This document shows positions 19,412 through 28,444 of a DNA stretch of 51,404 nucleotides, one piece after another (positions within the stretch are counted from its first letter, which is position 1; the number at the start of each line of letters is the position of its first letter). The position numbers and the translations under genes were made by a program. The stretch comes from Polyangiaceae bacterium (GTDB lineage: Bacteria > Myxococcota_A > Polyangia > Polyangiales > Polyangiaceae), in the NCBI GenBank assembly GCA_044222475.1, contig JBGANF010000048.1:1-51404 (forward strand), written 5' to 3'. The notes below the pieces were generated by a model. The model was given only the letters and a program-made list of their open reading frames with translations. It had not been told where the DNA came from and made no database searches.

Positions 19412-20414
19412 AGACGGTGCGTTCCGGTCCCTGATCGATCGGTGGTTCTTCCAGTTGGAAGAAGAGGTGCTCGCTCAGGGGAAGGTCAATCCGAACGACG
19501 ATGCCGCCGTCGAGCGCGGGGTCGGCGAGCTCCTCGAGCAACGACTTCGTACCGTGAGTGGCACTCAACCGCAGTTCGCGGCCGCACTTCGTGCGTGCCA
19601 TGCCGCTCGCGTGCGCGGGGATCTCCCGGTAGCCGAAGGCTTGGTAGCTTGGCTCATGGGACAACCCAACGTCGGCGCCGGCGTGCTCCGCGTTGCGAAC
19701 CTCAAAGGCGACCTCGACCACGACAGCGCAGCGGGCTTTTTCCGCGGACAGCTCGAGGTGCTCAAGCAAACGGGCCGCCGTGGGTTGGTGCTCGTGCTCG
19801 ACGAGGTCGAGACCATTCAGCGCGTTCGCGCAGATAGCCGCGAGAAGAGCCTCAATGCGCTTCGACAGCTCATCGACGACCTCGCCGCCGAGCGCTACCC
19901 CGGCCTCTACGTGCTCATCACGGGCACGCCCCTGTTCTTCGATGGTCCGCAAGGAATCAAGCGGCTTCCACCGCTGGCACAACGACTCCATACGGACTTC
20001 ACGCCCGACCCCAAGTTCGACAGCGCTCGCGCGCCTCAGATTCGCCTGCAGCCGTTCGACCTCGAGAAGCTGATCGAGGTGGGGCGGCGAGTCCGGGAGC
20101 TCTATCCGACGGAACATCCAGAGCGGATCGCCGAGAAGGTCACCGACGTCCTGTTGGCCATTCTCGCTGTCAGCGTTGCGGGGGCATTGGGCGGCAAGTT
20201 CGGCGTGGCACCGCGCGTGTACCTGCGACGTCTGATCGGCATTCTCGATCGCGTCGACGAGCATCCCGAGTTCGATCCGATCACGGATGCAGGGCCCAAA
20301 GTCATCCGACCCGAAGAGCTGAACGACGAAGAGCGCGCCGCCGCGGGCGTCAGCCGCACCGTCGACGAAGTGGAGCAGGCCAGCTCGAGTAAGGGCAGGA
20401 CCGAGCTCGAATGA
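19410..20414 (+). pseudogene. brxD: BREX ATPase BrxD lacking its N-terminal Walker A region
   Basis: GAFRSLIDRWFF, AWLMGQPNV, LKGDLDH, GLVLVLDEVET (Walker B), KSLNALRQLID, ITGTP, GVAPRVYLRRL. Confidence 0.85.
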
Positions 20415-22070
20415 GCGCATTCGACCGACTGACTCCGGCATTCCAGTATCAGGTCGTCCACACCCTCGGCTTTCAAGCGCTGCGCCCGGTGCAAGAGCAC
20501 TCGATCGACGCCGTGCTCGACGGGAAGAACTGCGTCGTGCTCGCTCCCACGGCAGGTGGAAAGACAGAGGCGGCATTCTTTCCGTTGTTGTCCGCAATGG
20601 ATGCGGGGGACTGGCGGCCGGTCTCGGTCATCTATCTTTCCCCGATCCGCGCGCTGCTCAACAATCAGGAAGAGCGCGTCGCTCGCTACGCCGACGTCAT
20701 CGGACGAAGGGTCTTCAAGTGGCACGGCGACGTCAATGCGAGCGCACGAAAGAAGTTCCTCGCGGCGCCAGCCGACATTCTGATGACGACTCCGGAGTCG
20801 CTCGAGGCCATGCTGATCAGCCCGCGGGTGCCAGCGCGCGCGCTCTTCGGTGGTCTCTCGGCGGTCGTGGTCGACGAGATTCACGCGTTCGCTGCCGACG
20901 ACCGCGGCTCGCATTTGTCCGCGCTACTCGAACGGCTCACGCGATTCTGCGGCCGCGACGTTCAGCGCATCGGGCTCTCGGCGACCGTGGGCAACCCTGA
21001 CGAGATTCTGCGTTGGGTTCAGGGAAGCTCGGAACGCAGCGGACTCGTCGTCGACCCGGGTGGAGCACGGAAGACGCCGCAGCTCGACATGTACTCGGTT
21101 GGGACGTTGCAGAACGCGGCTGCCGAGGTGCAGGCACTGCACCCCGGCAAGAAGCGTCTTGTGTTCGTGGACTCACGACGCAAGGCCGAAGAGATCGGGA
21201 AGATCCTCCGGCAGAGCGGCGTCGATGCATTCGTCTCACACGGTTCGCTCGGCGTGACCGAGCGGCGTGATGCCGAGCGCGCGTTTCAAGATGGCCAGGA
21301 TTGCGTGATCGTCGCGACGAGCGCACTCGAGCTCGGAATCGACGTCGGTGATCTCGACCACGTGCTGCAGATCGACAGTCCCCCGACGGTGGCGAGCTTC
21401 CTCCAGCGCATGGGAAGGACCGGGCGTCGTCCCGAAACGACGCCAAATTGTACGTTCCTCGCCACGACCGACGCCGCGGTCCTTCAGACGGCGGCGATCG
21501 TTCGTCTGTTTCGCGAAGGCTGGGTCGAGCCCGTTCGTCCGTCGCGCCGCGCGCATCACATCCTCGCTCATCAGATCTTGGGAACCGCGGTCGAGAAAGG
21601 CGGCGTCGTTCGCGGCGACATCGGCGCGTGGCTGCACGGGGTCAGCGCGTTCTCGGAGATCAAGGATGAGGAGCGCGAGCTTCTCATCGACACGATGCTC
21701 GCCCGCGAGATCCTCGCGGATCACGACGGGAAGCTTTGGCTCGGCCCGGAGGGGGAGAAGAAGTTCGGCTACGCGAACTTCAAGGCCCTCTACGCCGTGT
21801 TCGATTCACCTCAAATGTTCACGGTGAAGGCGGACACGCGTGAGATCGGAACGGTCGACGCCCAGTTCCTTCGGACGATCTCGGCGCCGGAGAAGGATCG
21901 AACGTTCACGCTCGCCGGGCAGCCATGGGAGATCGTCCACATCGAGTGGGAGCGTGGGATCTGCATCGTGCGTCCAACGCGAGAGGGGCATGCGGCGCGG
22001 TGGTCCGGCGGTCCGAGGTTCCTCGGCTACGAGCTCTGCCAGGCGATGCGTAGGGTCCTGATTGAGGACG
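20411..22070 (+). pseudogene. brxHI: BREX-2 Lhr-like DEAD/DEAH helicase BrxHI, C-terminally truncated and fused in frame to another helicase fragment
   Basis: APTAGGKTEAA, TTPESLE, DEIH, GLSAT, ATSALELGIDVGDLD, QRMGRTGR; ATGA-coupled to brxD. Confidence 0.85.
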
Positions 22071-22256
22071 CGATGGTCCACCACTACGGCGTCTCCTGGA
22101 CACCTTCGTCGATGGAGCAGCGGATCGGACGCATCGACCGCGTTCGTTCACAGACGGAGCGCCGACTCTCGGTTCTAGATCGCCCGGCGCGTGGAGACGA
22201 GATGTTGCAGGTGTACTTCCCGCATCTCGACGACACCGTCGAAGTCCTTCAGGTTC
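22070..22256 (+). pseudogene. Internal fragment of a second SF2 (SNF2-like) helicase, motif VI region
   Basis: VHHYGVSWTPSSMEQRIGRIDRVRS...YFPHLDDTVEVLQV; BrxHI already has its own motif VI upstream. Confidence 0.8.
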
Positions 22257-22724
22257 TTCGGCGATCTCCTTGAGCGTGACGAAGTCGTCGCCCTTCGGCT
22301 CGAGGCGCTCCTCTGCAGCTGCCGCTGGAAAAACACGCGCATACGTCGCCTCGCGCCAAGCCCGGTTCTCCTCGGGATACGGCACGTTGCTGTTGAAGGT
22401 CACGCGGAACGGCTTCGTCCCCTGGCTCTGGAGGGATCCGATGAGTCCGCCGGGGCTGTAGAGATCCTTCGTCCACGAAGCGATGTCGGTGATGAGCTGA
22501 TCACGCTCCCCGAGCACCAAGTAGTACGTCTCGAGACCGTGAGCGACGAACGGCTTGCCGCGGCACGCCTCGACGAGGAGCTCGTGGATGTCGTTCACGT
22601 GATTCATCCGGCGCGCGAAGAGATCGATCGCAAACAGAGCGTCCTGGAGGTCCTTCTCGATTTCGCCGTCAGTCTCCCGCTCGTGTTCGTCGTCACTGGT
22701 CCCCCCTCGATGCACGCCAGCCAT
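22255..22724 (-). pseudogene. N-terminal half of HEPN/AbiU2-like protein (~293 aa when rejoined; start uncertain)
   Basis: ...DLQDALFAIDLFARR...TLKEIAE; joins to EAFDALVADRNQHRAH at 17700. Confidence 0.7.
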
Positions 22725-22906
22725 TCACACGCCATTCACGCAACTGACGTCGCACCCCGTCGTTTCCTGTCGCTTCGTGTCGCGTTCCGGCTTCTCACTG
22801 AACCCAACGTCTCGTTGTTCCACACACGCGAACACTCGGTGTTTTGCGTTGTTTTCGCTGGGTTCGGTGAGGTCGCCGGACGCTCACTCTCGGAGCGGCG
22901 CGGCCT

Positions 22907-22949
22907 TTTTCAAAACCGCTGCCTTAGACCACTCGGCCACTCCTCCGAA
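22907..22949 (+). repeat. att site, right copy: displaced 5' half of tRNA-Ser
   Basis: Identical to 6247-6289. Confidence 0.93.
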
Positions 22950-22956
22950 CAGGGTG

Positions 22957-22965
22957 TGTCTAGCA
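22957..22965 (-). promoter_or_regulatory. Putative native tRNA promoter, extended -10 TGcTAGACA
   Basis: Lies 11-19 nt upstream of the tRNA 5' fragment on the minus strand. Confidence 0.45.
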
Positions 22966-23035
22966 CAGGGACGTCAGGCTTCGGCAGTCCCGGACGGATT
23001 GTCGTCGCCGCCGAGAAGGCCTAGAGATCGGCCTC

Positions 23036-23977
23036 ATGGCCGAGAGAAACATTCTCGAAGCGTTGGACGAGGCCCTGCGCACCGGCGTCGACATCCAGTC
23101 CGTCGTCGGCGCGTTCTACTCGCTCGCCGAGCAGAGCGACCGCGCGACCAAGGACCAGATGCTCGAGTCTCTCGACTCCCGCATCCGCGAGCACCCCGGC
23201 GAGCGCATCGGCCACGTCGCGATGCTCGCCGGCGCGCTCGTCGAGCTCGGCGCCGACCCGCTGAAGTTTCCCGCGGCCGTGTTCGACCGCTTGCTCGGCC
23301 AACTCTCCCAGACCGACGCCGACAGCGAGGCCGACCAACCCGAGTGGTACTACCTGCTCGAGCGCGCCGCGATGGCGTGCCTGTCGCGCTCGGAGAAGCT
23401 GCGCCGCGCGCTCCCGCAGAAGCGCGCGATCCTGACGAACCTGCGCCGCTACCAGGAGCGGTACGGTTTCCTCGGTAAGATGATCCAGGTGCTCGACGAC
23501 GAGCCGCTCGTCGTCCTTCATCCCAAAACGGGACGAGGGTTCCGCTTCCGAATGCACGGCATCGGGGACAACTTCCAGCTGCACCTTCTTCTGCTCGCGG
23601 CGCTCGCTGGCGACGGTCCGGATCGCATCGAGGGGATCGTCCCGTCCCCCGAGGCCGTCGCCGCCTCCACCGATGGATCGGTCGACGGAAAGCTCACGGC
23701 CGAGAGCAACTGGCAGCTCGTGAACCACCTCGGCCTGCTCGCCGGAGGCGAGATCGACCGGCAGGACTACGATCGCACGTGGATCTGGAACGAGGGCGTC
23801 CCCGCCGACATCCCGTCGTTCGAGGGCAGCCGCGCCGTGCTCATCGGGACGAGCACGATTCAGCGCAGTTGGAACGCGCAGCGCGTGTTCCCTGGGATGG
23901 CCGGTTGGCTCGATGGGCCCACCCCGATGGATCGCACCGAAGCGCAGGCGTTGCTCGCGAAGATGCTTCCGTCGTGA
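23036..23977 (+). CDS. Conserved hypothetical protein
   Basis: 313-aa ORF with strong codon bias; VLDDEPLVVLH...GIGDNFQLH...WIWNEGVPADIP. Confidence 0.8.
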   Translation: MAERNILEALDEALRTGVDIQSVVGAFYSLAEQSDRATKDQMLESLDSRIREHPGERIGHVAMLAGALVELGADPLKFPAAVFDRLLGQLSQTDADSEADQPEWYYLLERAAMACLSRSEKLRRALPQKRAILTNLRRYQERYGFLGKMIQVLDDEPLVVLHPKTGRGFRFRMHGIGDNFQLHLLLLAALAGDGPDRIEGIVPSPEAVAASTDGSVDGKLTAESNWQLVNHLGLLAGGEIDRQDYDRTWIWNEGVPADIPSFEGSRAVLIGTSTIQRSWNAQRVFPGMAGWLDGPTPMDRTEAQALLAKMLPS

Positions 23978-24017
23978 GCGTCCAAAACGCTGCGCCGATG
24001 CTCTAGGATGCCGCGCC

Positions 24018-24857
24018 ATGCACACTCGCCGGCTTCTCGTTCTCTCCGCCGTGACGTTGGTCCCCTTGTCCGTCGTCTTCGCGTGCGGGAGCGACTCCGT
24101 CTCCAATGTCACTCCCGACTCCGGCAACCCCGACGTCGGCTCGCCCGACGTCACGAGCGACGTCGCGCCCGACGGCGGACCGAAGGACTCCGGGTCGGAC
24201 GCACTCACGGACGGCGGTCGTCCGCCGAAGGGCGTGCGACTCGCGAACATGCGCGGCATCGCGCTCGACTTCTGCATCTGGCCCAAGGGCGGACAGATGC
24301 CGACCTTGCCGGTGTTCGCCGGCTCCGGCGGCATCCCCGCCGGCGCGGTGAGCACGTGGGCTCCGTTCGATGGCGTCGCCGCGGATTTCTCGCTTCGCTA
24401 CACGCCGGCCGGAAGCACGTGCGCCGAAGACGCCGGGTTCAACACCACGAACCAAACCGGGAACGCCGCGCCGTACCGCACGTTCTGGACGAGCGACAAG
24501 GGCAGCATCCTCGGTAGCGGCTTCTTCGACGTGACGACGCCGACCGCGGGCAAAGACACCATCCTCTTCGACCGCATGCAGTCGACGTCGTCGACGCTGC
24601 AATTCGTCCCCGACGCCGACGCGGGCCCGGCAGTCCCGATCACCAACGGCGTCGCGGTGATGCTCACGCCCGGCGTCGCGGGTCAGCTCATCGGTGACGT
24701 TCCCGGCGTCGGAACGCCGCCGCCGCGTCCGTTCAAGCCCGTCACTGGCGGCATCGCTCGGATCTTCATGACGGGTACGGCGATCCTCGTGTGCGACGAG
24801 CTCGCGCCCGCCATCGGCGCGCTGTCCGACTGCCGAAACACGGTGCGCGCGCCGTAG
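24018..24857 (+). CDS. Lipoprotein
   Basis: Signal peptide ending VFAC; PD/DGG linker; ATG lies 8 nt after TAGGAT. Confidence 0.75.
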   Translation: MHTRRLLVLSAVTLVPLSVVFACGSDSVSNVTPDSGNPDVGSPDVTSDVAPDGGPKDSGSDALTDGGRPPKGVRLANMRGIALDFCIWPKGGQMPTLPVFAGSGGIPAGAVSTWAPFDGVAADFSLRYTPAGSTCAEDAGFNTTNQTGNAAPYRTFWTSDKGSILGSGFFDVTTPTAGKDTILFDRMQSTSSTLQFVPDADAGPAVPITNGVAVMLTPGVAGQLIGDVPGVGTPPPRPFKPVTGGIARIFMTGTAILVCDELAPAIGALSDCRNTVRAP

Positions 24858-24858
24858 C

Positions 24859-25203
24859 TCAGCGCGTCGCGCGCTCGACCACGATGCCGAACGCGATGCA
24901 CGCGCCGATCGCGGGCGCGCTCGATTTCGCGAGCGGACGGGCGATCGCCCACGCCAACGCGCCGAGGCCGATGCCGCTGATGGCGCCCTTCGGCAGCGAC
25001 ACGCGCTTGCGGAGCAGTGCGAACCCCGCGCCGAGCGCGGCGCCGGTTCCGACCTGCACCGCCGTTCGGATCGCGTGCTTCTTCGCGGCTCCGTGACGAG
25101 ACATCGCGAGCGCAGCGCCGAGCTTCACGAGCCCGAACATCGGGATCGCGGCACGCGCACCGACGAGCGCACCACCGATCGCTGCTTTGGCCCATGGATT
25201 CAT
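24859..25203 (-). CDS. Small membrane protein
   Basis: MNPWAKAAIGG... with Gly/Ala-rich hydrophobic helices; GGAG upstream. Confidence 0.6.
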   Translation of the reverse strand: MNPWAKAAIGGALVGARAAIPMFGLVKLGAALAMSRHGAAKKHAIRTAVQVGTGAALGAGFALLRKRVSLPKGAISGIGLGALAWAIARPLAKSSAPAIGACIAFGIVVERATR

Positions 25204-25289
25204 CGCGTCTCCGAAGAGTATCCTGTCTGCAATGACCGTACCGTCGGAATGGAAACCCAAGCTTGCATCTCTCGGGGGCGCTCGGCCTT

Positions 25290-25389
25290 TCACGCCGCGG
25301 GCGATGGCGCCGATGGCGCCGGCCGCAGGAGCTCGCCCAGCTTCTCGAACTCGGTGTGCATGTGCGCACCATCGCGCGCTCGAACTCGC
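25290..25389. repeat. Degenerate copy of the 3' end of the SRPBCC gene (29082-29173)
   Basis: Shared gagctcgcccagcttctcgaactcggtgtgcatgtgcgc core and stop codon; 9-bp tandem duplication and indels. Confidence 0.85.
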
Positions 25390-25461
25390 AAGCGGCATCG
25401 CCGCCGTTGGCGCCGGTACGCGAAATCTGACAAAGTTCGCAATGGGCAGGTTGGCTGGGCG

Positions 25462-25956
25462 ATGCACATTGGCGACAAGGCGCGATTTGCGATCGAGGCA
25501 GAGGTCACTCGAATCCACGACGGATGGATCTTTGGCCACATCAGATTCTGGATCTGCGGTAAGGCAGTGGGGAATTGGGAAGACGAAGCCGACCTAGGGG
25601 GTTGTTTGCGGTGGCTCAAGGACTTCTCAGAGGTGCCGCGGGAGAGGGTGGCTCCCGAGATATTCTCCTTTGCCGCCAAAGACGTCTTTCGTCAGGTCTA
25701 TGACCCCGTCATGGCACACACGGCGTCAGCCGCAACGGTCTCGGCGCCGACTAATGCATTTGATAGATTCCACATCACCCACCTTGGAATGTCCTCTTTC
25801 GATCGATTCGATGTCCTGCTCATAAGCGACGGCATTGGCAAGGAGAGATGCTTGTGGCGCGAGTTGGATGGCGAGATATCTGAGTGTGTTTTCCAAGAGG
25901 GAGAGATGGCGCGTGTCGCTAGGGAATTCTGTCGAGACTTCGTGGGTGCCAAGTGA
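25462..25956 (+). CDS. Imm42-like immunity protein
   Basis: IGDKARFAIE...GHIRFWICG..VG...GMSSFD. Confidence 0.7.
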   Translation: MHIGDKARFAIEAEVTRIHDGWIFGHIRFWICGKAVGNWEDEADLGGCLRWLKDFSEVPRERVAPEIFSFAAKDVFRQVYDPVMAHTASAATVSAPTNAFDRFHITHLGMSSFDRFDVLLISDGIGKERCLWRELDGEISECVFQEGEMARVAREFCRDFVGAK

Positions 25957-26016
25957 ACGCTGGCTCAAACGGCCACGAACCGAGAACCGAACGCGCCATC
26001 TTGCGCCTCGAGACCC

Positions 26017-26092
26017 CGAGGGCACCCGCGCTCGTCGGGACGAGCACGCTTCAACGTGGAAGGCATTGCTCGCGAAGATGCTCCCGTCTTGA
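26017..26092 (+). repeat. Degenerate, internally deleted copy of the 3' end of gene 23036-23977
   Basis: cgagggca..cgggacgagcacg.ttca matches 23821-23862; ttgctcgcgaagatgct.ccgtc.tga matches 23951-23977. Confidence 0.75.
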
Positions 26093-26116
26093 TCAGGGAT
26101 TCAGGAGATTTGTTCG

Positions 26117-26416
26117 ATGGGGAAAGTGGTTCTGAGGGACATTACTGACGATCCGTCGCGGTACGATCAGAGTTTGCTCGTTCTCGTGCCGAAAGCGGAG
26201 GATCTTGGCCCCGAGACGGAGGTGACTCTGCAGGAGTCCAAGTGGCCAAGGCTTCCTGCTCCAGATGGGATGCGTCTCATGTTCGACATAGAAACGCTTG
26301 CAATGGTGATGAGAGCATGGCGGAAACACGCGAATGGCCGCGAGCCGTCACCCTCGCAAGCGGCATCGGCGGTGGCGCACTATGACAAATACGATGCATT
26401 CATCGACCCGTCCTAG
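26117..26416 (+). CDS. Small immunity-like hypothetical protein
   Basis: AGGAG RBS; ends AVAHYDKYDAFI; located in the immunity array. Confidence 0.6.
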   Translation: MGKVVLRDITDDPSRYDQSLLVLVPKAEDLGPETEVTLQESKWPRLPAPDGMRLMFDIETLAMVMRAWRKHANGREPSPSQAASAVAHYDKYDAFIDPS

Positions 26417-26492
26417 CACTCGCACTGTGCGAGGGGTGTTCCCGGCACGGTGCTTCTCGTAGCTGGATGCAACGTCTCAGCGGGTGTAGTTG

Positions 26493-26927
26493 ATGGAAGT
26501 GGAAATTAGTCAGCAGCAATTTGACACCGAGGTACTGTTCCCCATTCTCGCGGATGCCTTCAACATCATCTTTCGAGAACACCTCCATCCTCCGACTCTC
26601 GAAGAGGTCGAGTGGCGACGATGGCGCGACGCGTTCGTACTAGCGTATATTCCTGTCGCGAATCAGCTGATGCCACTGGCGGAGGTGGTATGTCGGCGCG
26701 CAGCCGTTGGCGACGAGCTCGGGTTGGTGGTCGAGCCCCCAGTTCACCTGCTGAAGTCGATGGTGACGAAATTCCTGTGGGATCTGCTCGAAACCGCGGA
26801 GCGCACCGGTGTCCTTCCCTCTCGCGATCGGGGTGAATCCGCGGTCGAGGAGGGGATTCGTGACGTGACGGAGCGCGTAGCCAAATTGTGGGCCTGGACG
26901 GGCTTTCGACAGCCAGACGAAGTTTAG
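26493..26927 (+). CDS. Hypothetical protein (immunity-like)
   Basis: Acidic ~144-aa ORF co-oriented in the array. Confidence 0.55.
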   Translation: MEVEISQQQFDTEVLFPILADAFNIIFREHLHPPTLEEVEWRRWRDAFVLAYIPVANQLMPLAEVVCRRAAVGDELGLVVEPPVHLLKSMVTKFLWDLLETAERTGVLPSRDRGESAVEEGIRDVTERVAKLWAWTGFRQPDEV

Positions 26928-27130
26928 CGAACGATCGCGAGGCACGATCCAGCACGGCTTTTCCGCGACCTCGCAACAAGCGACAAGACCTCCTCGATGC
27001 CGTGCCGGTCGGAATGCCGTTTACTTGCTGGCGATGCGGAATGACCTCAATGAGCCCTGACGACATGCATGTGGGTCATCGGAACGTTCCGACTTCGTAG
27101 GGAGGGAACTTGCCCGAGAATGTCCTGCGC
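26928..27130 (+). pseudogene. HNH-type toxin C-terminal relic
   Basis: CWRCG...MHVGHRNVPTS*GGNL..NV; no start, internal TAG 27098-27100. Confidence 0.6.
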
Positions 27131-27177
27131 CGAGAGGGGAAGTTGCGGCGCTCCGTACAAGCGGTAGACTGGCCGCT

Positions 27178-27633
27178 ATGCTCCTGGAGTTAGCGGCTGG
27201 AAAGCGTTCTGATGGGACTCAGGTGATGGAGGAAGTGCTCGTAGAAGAGCTCGGTCCGGGGCGATATCGGCTGAGCAAGTCTCCGGGACTGGTACTCGGT
27301 CTCGCCGCTGGCGACGTGTTTTCGCGTTCGACCGATGGCGCGTTTTCAATTATTGAGCGGGCGGGAAACGTTTGCGTTCAAATATTCCTCCCACCGGGAG
27401 ATGGGGAGCCGATCGCATCGTCGGCTGCGCATGAAGCTCGTAAACTCGGCGGCTGGCTCGATGGGAAGCACGCCAAGCTGATCGTCCTAACCGTCCCTCT
27501 TCGCGCCGGCTTCAAAGAAATCGAAGGCTTTCTCGAAACTCTCGTGCAGCGGTTTCCTGGCGCCGAATGGTACTATGGTAACGTCTATGATGCCGTGGAC
27601 GGCGTGACGCCTCTAAATTGGTGGGTTCACTGA
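27178..27633 (+). CDS. DUF4265 family immunity protein
   Basis: YRLSKSPGLVLGLAAGDVF...GGWLDG...WYYGNVYDAVDGVTPLNWW. Confidence 0.8.
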   Translation: MLLELAAGKRSDGTQVMEEVLVEELGPGRYRLSKSPGLVLGLAAGDVFSRSTDGAFSIIERAGNVCVQIFLPPGDGEPIASSAAHEARKLGGWLDGKHAKLIVLTVPLRAGFKEIEGFLETLVQRFPGAEWYYGNVYDAVDGVTPLNWWVH

Positions 27634-27648
27634 TCAATTGAGATATTT

Positions 27649-27843
27649 CACATCACCCACCTTGGAATGTCTTCTTTCGATCGATTCGATGCCCTGCTCA
27701 TGAGCGACGGCATTGGCAAGGAAAGACGTTTGTGGCGCGAGTTGGATGGCGAGATATCTGAGTGTGTTTTCCAAGAGGGAGAGATGGCACGTGTCGCTGG
27801 GGAATTCTGTCGAGACTTCGTGGGTGGGGATGTCACCAAGTAG
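27649..27843 (+). pseudogene. Duplicate 3' third of the Imm42-like gene
   Basis: 27649-27826 is nearly identical to 25771-25948, with a different terminus (GGDVTK*). Confidence 0.85.
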
Positions 27844-28278
27844 ATGCTAATTCAGATCCGAGTGCAGTGTCCGGCAGGAGCGAAAAATGCCTCGTCAGGA
27901 TGCGCGAAGTGATTGGCCTTTTGGACGCTTCTGCCCGGACGGGGCCGACAGTGGGCGAGTGGGGCGAGGTCTTGCCAGCGTGGTTTGTGAGCGCATGCTC
28001 AGCGCAGATGTCGCAGAGCGAGGCGGTTGCATGGGTTCAGAAGTGGCGCGGGATGTCTGCGGAGGATCAAGCGGCAGCAGAGTTGGAGCGCAGGTGGTCC
28101 TTGGCGGACTGGCTGTATTGGATGGGCCCCGCGCAAGCGACGTGGAAGCTGGCGGATGCCGTTGTCGTGGGACCGCATTTGTTGATGGTTTCGCTACGCG
28201 TCGACGAATGGCCAGCGCCCAGTAGGCTCGTTCCGCTGGCTCGCTCGCACAGCGGGTGCTTCCGATGTAGTCATCTGA
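27844..28278 (+). pseudogene. Frameshifted immunity-like gene
   Basis: MLIQIRVQC / REVIG...LPAWFV...WSLADWLYW...WPAP / VGSFRWLARTAGA; two apparent frameshifts (~27875, ~28220). Confidence 0.55.
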
Positions 28279-28315
28279 TGAACCGGCGTCGTACAAGGCA
28301 GTCGTCGGCGTGGGA

Positions 28316-28444
28316 GGGCTAGCTCCCCAAGCAATGGCGGTTTCAAGACCGTTCTGCGCAGCGTGCAGGGCGATCACAAGAAAGAGCGGCGGCGGTACGA
28401 TTACAAGTCCGACGACAGCGAAATGGCCGAAGAGTATTCGATGA
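28316..28444 (+). pseudogene. Deaminase-type toxin C-terminal relic
   Basis: GLAPQAMAVSRPFCAACRAI...GGTITSPTTAKW; PxCxxC motif; its stop overlaps the next ATG (ATGA). Confidence 0.55.

Larger units (their letters stand above)
6247..22949. mobile_element. Integrated defence island in tRNA-Ser (serine recombinase-ParB-ParB module, scrambled BREX-2 cargo)
   Basis: 43-bp direct repeats 16660 bp apart, internal large serine recombinase, defence cargo. Confidence 0.9.

Noticed and set aside
15329..22256. Repeat-driven misassembly as the cause of the block order
   Set aside because: The joins share only 2 bp and are reciprocal, so there is no repeat for an assembler to confuse. It is disfavoured but not excluded without reads.
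11977..22256. A consensus recombination site shared by the junctions and att (e.g. ggcgggCTtcc versus ggcggtTTtca)
   Set aside because: Only one site resembles attB; no convincing motif across all sites by eye.
11956..22273. Calling the locus a functional BREX type 2 system from the long ORFs (854, 454, 401, 394, 620 aa)
   Set aside because: Each ORF is a fragment or chimera; pglW, pglZ and both ATPase Walker A regions are absent from the window.
22907..22949. Second tRNA gene
   Set aside because: Only the 5' half is present; no T arm or acceptor 3' strand.
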